Shown here: positions 59,745 through 64,000 of the stretch, one piece after another
Layout: each line of letters starts with the position of its first letter
How positions within the stretch are numbered: position 1 is the first letter of the stretch
DNA from: Marine Group II euryarchaeote MED-G37
GTDB taxonomy: Archaea; Thermoplasmatota; Poseidoniia; Poseidoniales; Thalassarchaeaceae
Assembly (NCBI GenBank): GCA_002457555.1
Contig: NTJQ01000003.1
Coordinates: forward strand, 43,754 to 107,753
DNA: 64,000 nucleotides
Reading direction: 5' to 3'
The notes under the pieces: model-generated
What the model saw: only the letters and a program-made list of their open reading frames with translations
What the model was told of the DNA's origin: nothing
The model's database searches: none
Translations under genes and position numbers: made by a program

Positions 59745-60614
59745 ATGCGGCAGCTGCTTCAGTCAGAACCATTTTCCTCAGTGGCCCCCATCCTGGCCCA
59801 AGCAGTCTCTGGTTTCGAAGTACATGAGGGTCCGGTTATGTTACTGGCCGCTCCATCTCTTATTGGTGCTCTTTCTATTGCTCCAATTGAAGCAGCCTTT
59901 CTCGACCTTGGTTTACCCTATCGCCGGCGATTTAAGTTGGAACCTCCTTCAGATGGTTCTTGGATTCACATTTTGGGTCCTGCTCAAGACACCGGGCCGG
60001 AGTATAACTCAGAACCCCCTCGTCTAAGTCTTGGAGTAGCACTTGTAGATGGATTAGTTTCCTCGTCAGGAGATGCCAGAAGGGGGCCATTGACTACGGT
60101 TGCACAGGCTCATGCAATAGCTCAATCATTAGCACCTGATGGCCTCCTTGTTCGGAGTTTACGTCCGTGGCTGATTTCTGGGAATTGGTTACATTCATCG
60201 CTTGATACGACCTATGATCCTGTTTTCACTGCCCTTAGAGATATGTTGGTTGAAGAAGGCAGTGTAAAAATTGCCACAATGCCTGAGGTCCCTTCAATTG
60301 AATTGTCTAATACTCCTTGGATAGATGAATTAGCTCTGGATGCAGTATCGTCCAAGTGGTTCGATTTAGATCTGGAAGGGAAAGCTAGAGCCCTTTCGCA
60401 TCTAATGCGACCTGCCATTCCTCGCTCCACACCCTCTACCGCTAGGATGGAAGAATTAGGCTGGCATAGAGTGGTCGGTCCAAATTGGGATACCGATTTA
60501 GCCTCGGAAATTCTCAGAGCCGCTAGACTGTGGAAACAAGGCCCTGCCAATCTAGCAGCGCATTCTTTTGTTGATTCATTATTGTCGACAGGAAAATCCC
60601 CTGAATTAGAATAA
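59745..60614 (+). CDS. Degenerate DHH/RecJ-like protein (probably inactive)
   Basis: Located directly after rps15, where Euryarchaeota usually have a RecJ-like DHH gene. The N-terminal pattern LLAAPSLIGALSIAPIEAAFLDLGLPYRRRF resembles DHH motif I without its acidic residues. Confidence 0.45.
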   Translation: MRQLLQSEPFSSVAPILAQAVSGFEVHEGPVMLLAAPSLIGALSIAPIEAAFLDLGLPYRRRFKLEPPSDGSWIHILGPAQDTGPEYNSEPPRLSLGVALVDGLVSSSGDARRGPLTTVAQAHAIAQSLAPDGLLVRSLRPWLISGNWLHSSLDTTYDPVFTALRDMLVEEGSVKIATMPEVPSIELSNTPWIDELALDAVSSKWFDLDLEGKARALSHLMRPAIPRSTPSTARMEELGWHRVVGPNWDTDLASEILRAARLWKQGPANLAAHSFVDSLLSTGKSPELE

Positions 60615-62618
60615 TCATTCAAGCCTTAGTGTGGATTCACAGCCAATACATTCCAATCTAAGCGGTCTAATTTCAGACTCTACTGGATTAGATTCTCCAC
60701 AATTTGGACAATTAACATGAGCACTGGGTCGTTGCCTTCTTCCACGTCCCTCAGTAAAGTCCGACCGAGGGGATACTAGAGCGACAGGGAAAACCAGTAA
60801 CATACTCGAAGAAACAACACCAAGAACAAACGGCATATCAAGACCTAAAACATACAATGCCAACGAAAGTCCACCAAGGACAATCACTGTTAGCATCGTA
60901 GGTACTCTTGCCCGCCTCCTTGTCATTGCCATTCCTAAGCCTAGTGCCAAAACTAACATGAATACAGAAACCATTGCCGAGACCAATGGTGAGTACAGTG
61001 CACCACCTGTAGGTACAAACTCAACTCTGAATGACTCCTCCGTGTCTAGGTCGCTTTCCACTATTGTAACCTTCTCGAATATTATCCATCTTCGATGCTT
61101 TGCATCAATATCTTCTGCCGCAACTCCTCCTAGACCCTGTAGAGCAGAGGAGCGAATTTCTACTCTCAACTCAACCTTAGTGTACAAATCATCATCACTT
61201 GGCCGGATGAATGATTCAATCAATTGCTGTCTTTCCCCAGCGTTGACCTTGTGAGATGTATCAATTCGAATAGTCACACTCTCGGCACTGAATGCCCTAG
61301 TGTGGCCCAAATCAATCGTTATCTCCGTAGGTCCGAGATTAACTGGATTAACCCCGAGAATAGACTCAGCGTCCAGGTACAATCCATTAGCAAGGAATGA
61401 TCTCATATCTGACGCCGAACCAACTAGATGACTGTTTAAGGCTGCGATTTCTGAATCATCGACCTGACCGTTGTTATATTCAGAATTAGGGACACTATCG
61501 GAGTAAGTTCTCAGATTACGCCACCAACTATTGGAGGAAAGGCTATTGTTTCCAATATTATCTAAACCCCATCTTACCCACTGAGACATAGCGCCATCAA
61601 ATTCGACTGTTACTTCTCTTTCTACTGATTCTCCATCAAATTTGGCACTTACATCAACAAGTAAATTCGTCCCACCAGTCCTCAACGGCTCAACCGCAGG
61701 ATACCAACCTCCTGTATTTGACCCACCATCACCTGCAACAATGTCGTATGTCCGATTAGCCTCAATTCTAAGGGCAGTTTGTGGGTCTAGATGGAATGCT
61801 ACCATGTATGTTCCAGAATCTGCAGATTCAGGCATTTGCCAGGCGAAAGTCACCTCCACTCCATTATTTGTTGGAGTTGCAATCGGACTATCTGCGATTG
61901 TATTGCTAGCTACTGTCATGCCTCCGCTTGAGGCCGACCACATCCTATCCCCAAATCCAGACTTGAGAAGGATAGGGAAGTATACCAATCTGCCATTAAC
62001 GCTTGGTTCTTTCATATCGATACTAACTAAGGGGAATTTCATTGAAATTCTTCCAGGAAAATCTTCTGCACCCCAGATAAAGCGAATTCCTGCTTCGTCA
62101 CCTGGGCTGGAGAAAGATAAACTTCTGACTGAAAAAGTCAGTTTTATTTTATCACCCGAGCGCACTTCACCAGCAAGAACTTCCACGGGAATTACAACTT
62201 CTCCCTCATTTGTGAGGAACAACCCTGCACCAGCGTCTCCCTCAAAGTAGGTGCTTCCGATATTGACTCCAATTGTTGCATTTATTTGGATTCCAGCCGC
62301 CGCTTCAACCTCATATGGGATGCGAAATTCCCAAGTAGAATCTGGGTAGTCTCCCTGTAATCCCCAATCTATTTCCCAAGTGCCGATTTCCACCAATCCT
62401 TGGATAGAAGGCGTAACAAATTGCTCAAATTCCTCATCAAGGTCGGAATCAAATGGAGAAAGTGAACCATCGTCAGCATTACCAATCAAAAATAAGTCAA
62501 ATTCTTGCGAACTACAGCAAGAACCATCTTGCTCAGCAGCTATTGGTGAATAGGGCATACTGACTAGCATAATTAATGCTACAATTAGCACCACTCCACT
62601 CCTCTGATACCCCTCCAT
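60615..62618 (-). CDS. Secreted/membrane protein with large extracellular domain, three C-terminal TMs and terminal zinc ribbon
   Basis: Signal peptide from ATG 62618 (TTCAAG at -31), three TMs near the C-terminus, CPNC...CIGC. Confidence 0.7.
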   Translation of the reverse strand: MEGYQRSGVVLIVALIMLVSMPYSPIAAEQDGSCCSSQEFDLFLIGNADDGSLSPFDSDLDEEFEQFVTPSIQGLVEIGTWEIDWGLQGDYPDSTWEFRIPYEVEAAAGIQINATIGVNIGSTYFEGDAGAGLFLTNEGEVVIPVEVLAGEVRSGDKIKLTFSVRSLSFSSPGDEAGIRFIWGAEDFPGRISMKFPLVSIDMKEPSVNGRLVYFPILLKSGFGDRMWSASSGGMTVASNTIADSPIATPTNNGVEVTFAWQMPESADSGTYMVAFHLDPQTALRIEANRTYDIVAGDGGSNTGGWYPAVEPLRTGGTNLLVDVSAKFDGESVEREVTVEFDGAMSQWVRWGLDNIGNNSLSSNSWWRNLRTYSDSVPNSEYNNGQVDDSEIAALNSHLVGSASDMRSFLANGLYLDAESILGVNPVNLGPTEITIDLGHTRAFSAESVTIRIDTSHKVNAGERQQLIESFIRPSDDDLYTKVELRVEIRSSALQGLGGVAAEDIDAKHRRWIIFEKVTIVESDLDTEESFRVEFVPTGGALYSPLVSAMVSVFMLVLALGLGMAMTRRRARVPTMLTVIVLGGLSLALYVLGLDMPFVLGVVSSSMLLVFPVALVSPRSDFTEGRGRRQRPSAHVNCPNCGESNPVESEIRPLRLECIGCESTLRLE

Positions 62619-62691
62619 ATTACAGGGAGACCCGCTTTCCATCCTTGAATGCGACCCTTATGAGATTCGTTTGTACTCTATTTCTTTACCA

Positions 62692-62708
62692 CGGCGCCAT
62701 AGGCGCCG
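62692..62708. repeat. GC-rich perfect palindrome
   Basis: CGGCGCC-ATA-GGCGCCG. Confidence 0.75.
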
Positions 62709-62733
62709 CGCGTACACGAGGCAAGAATATGCC

Positions 62734-64000
62734 CTAACCGTGTAAATAGAGTAAATCTACGGGGCCATTTTCAGGTATCTTCTCAATTCTTGCAAACCCC
62801 ACTCTTTCTAATTGGACGATTGCACCTTCTACTAAATCGATATTCTCGATTAGTCCTTCATCAATTCTAAATCCACTCCCAGATGGCGAAGTTAGGCGAG
62901 CCTTTCGGCTCTGATTTATTGGTATCCAATGGACAATTGGGCGCTTATCACTTCTCTCTAAAGAGTCCACTATCGCATCATTGTGATTAATCGAGATATC
63001 TGCGAAATCCTTCAAACGCAATTGTTCAGAATAATCTGTATCCTCAATAACAAACTTCTCTGAAATCTCCCATACGCGAAACCCTTCAATTTCACCATGT
63101 GGGTGGCGAGCAATTTGCAGTTTTTCAGGCATTTCAGATCCAATCATATTGAAAGATAAAGTCCTCGGATTTCTAACGAATGATCTTCTTTCACAAACAG
63201 CATCAATCACAGAGGAATTGAATGATTCTATGGTTTGCATAGATATCGAAATATCTTTTTGAGTTAACCCAAGGTCTAACCAGAAATCACGTATGGCTTG
63301 AGGGTCAAAACCTCGACGCTTCAAAGCGGAAATTGTAGGTAAACGGGAGTCATTCCATCCCTCGAATTTCCCATCGGCAATATCAGCTCTCATCCCAGAG
63401 GTGGAGAAGCCTCCAAACTCGTGCACCTTTACTCGTCCCCAATAGAGAGGTTCCGGATAAACCCAACCGAAGTGATTGTACAATAGAGTCTGTTTTCTTG
63501 TCGAATCCATTAGATCTTTACCCCTAACGATATGAGTCACTCCTTGAAGATGGTCTTCAATTGCACTTTGGAAATCTAGTAGGGGCCAAACCTTGTACGA
63601 GTCTCCGACCATTGGGTGCGGACTATGTTGTATCCGTAAAGCAGGCCAATCACGAAGTGCAGGATTGGGTAATTCTAGGTCGGTTTTAACTCTTACAACC
63701 GCACCTCCTTCTTCTATGCTGCCGTCATTCATGGCCTGCCAATCTGAGAGATTATCTTCCTCAGTTCTTTTTCTACACGGACACGATTGTGACTTATCTC
63801 TGAGATTTTTGAATTTCAGCGCACTACAGCGACAAATGTAACCAAATCCAGATTTGAGCATTTTTTTGGCATGTTCAAGATAGATTGGCATTCGTTCACT
63901 TGCCCGAATTACAATGTCAGCAGGTCTACCTGCCAGCCATTCATATTCATCTTCAATCCATCCATAGGCTTCGGGTAGAGGTGGCTTTACTCTGGTATCG
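62734..64000 (-). CDS. gltX: Glutamyl-tRNA synthetase (archaeal type), 5' end beyond window
   Basis: Frame open to the window edge (DTRVKPPLPEAYGWIEDEYEWL..ASERMPIY). YICRC..CPCR zinc motif, NPALRDWP, DHLQGVTHIVRGKD, FSTS (KMSKS variant), VQLERVGFAR. Confidence 0.95.
   Translation of the reverse strand, partial: DTRVKPPLPEAYGWIEDEYEWLAGRPADIVIRASERMPIYLEHAKKMLKSGFGYICRCSALKFKNLRDKSQSCPCRKRTEEDNLSDWQAMNDGSIEEGGAVVRVKTDLELPNPALRDWPALRIQHSPHPMVGDSYKVWPLLDFQSAIEDHLQGVTHIVRGKDLMDSTRKQTLLYNHFGWVYPEPLYWGRVKVHEFGGFSTSGMRADIADGKFEGWNDSRLPTISALKRRGFDPQAIRDFWLDLGLTQKDISISMQTIESFNSSVIDAVCERRSFVRNPRTLSFNMIGSEMPEKLQIARHPHGEIEGFRVWEISEKFVIEDTDYSEQLRLKDFADISINHNDAIVDSLERSDKRPIVHWIPINQSRKARLTSPSGSGFRIDEGLIENIDLVEGAIVQLERVGFARIEKIPENGPVDLLYLHG

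Noticed and set aside
12519-62708. GC hairpins as intrinsic terminators
   Set aside because: No convincing U-tracts, and two lie between divergent genes; reported as an unexplained palindrome family instead.

Overview
Gene-dense archaeal chromosomal segment. The markers (archaeal-type GlyA, CarS, AglB/STT3, ArcS, uS15, GluRS with STS-type motif, tRNA-Ile2 CAT) and the many acidic, Ca-binding-repeat secreted proteins point to Marine Group II Euryarchaeota (Ca. Poseidoniales); this assignment is inference. I count 33 CDS (two run off the window ends) and one tRNA. I found no CRISPR array, integrase, transposase or rRNA. The most striking item is a 914-aa two-TM protein (12553-15297) with ordered motifs of the eukaryotic CD36/LIMP-2/SR-BI scavenger-receptor family. 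It lies in a co-oriented six-gene run: multi-OB-fold surface protein, TctA-like permease, CD36-like, lamin-tail/phospholipase D, animal-like thymidine phosphorylase, HGSNAT/DUF1624-like. That run converges on a TCAF/FAM115-like M60 glycoprotease, so it is a candidate surface digestion and uptake system for lipid- and nucleic-acid-containing particles. Other notable items: a 3178-aa AglB, a family of short GC-rich palindromes upstream of promoters, a recurrent non-canonical TT(C/G)AA box about 30 nt before start codons, a Pcp-Nudix fusion, an archaeal TrhO homologue and an apparently dead RecJ-like gene after rps15. Family calls come from motif recognition by eye, not database searches.
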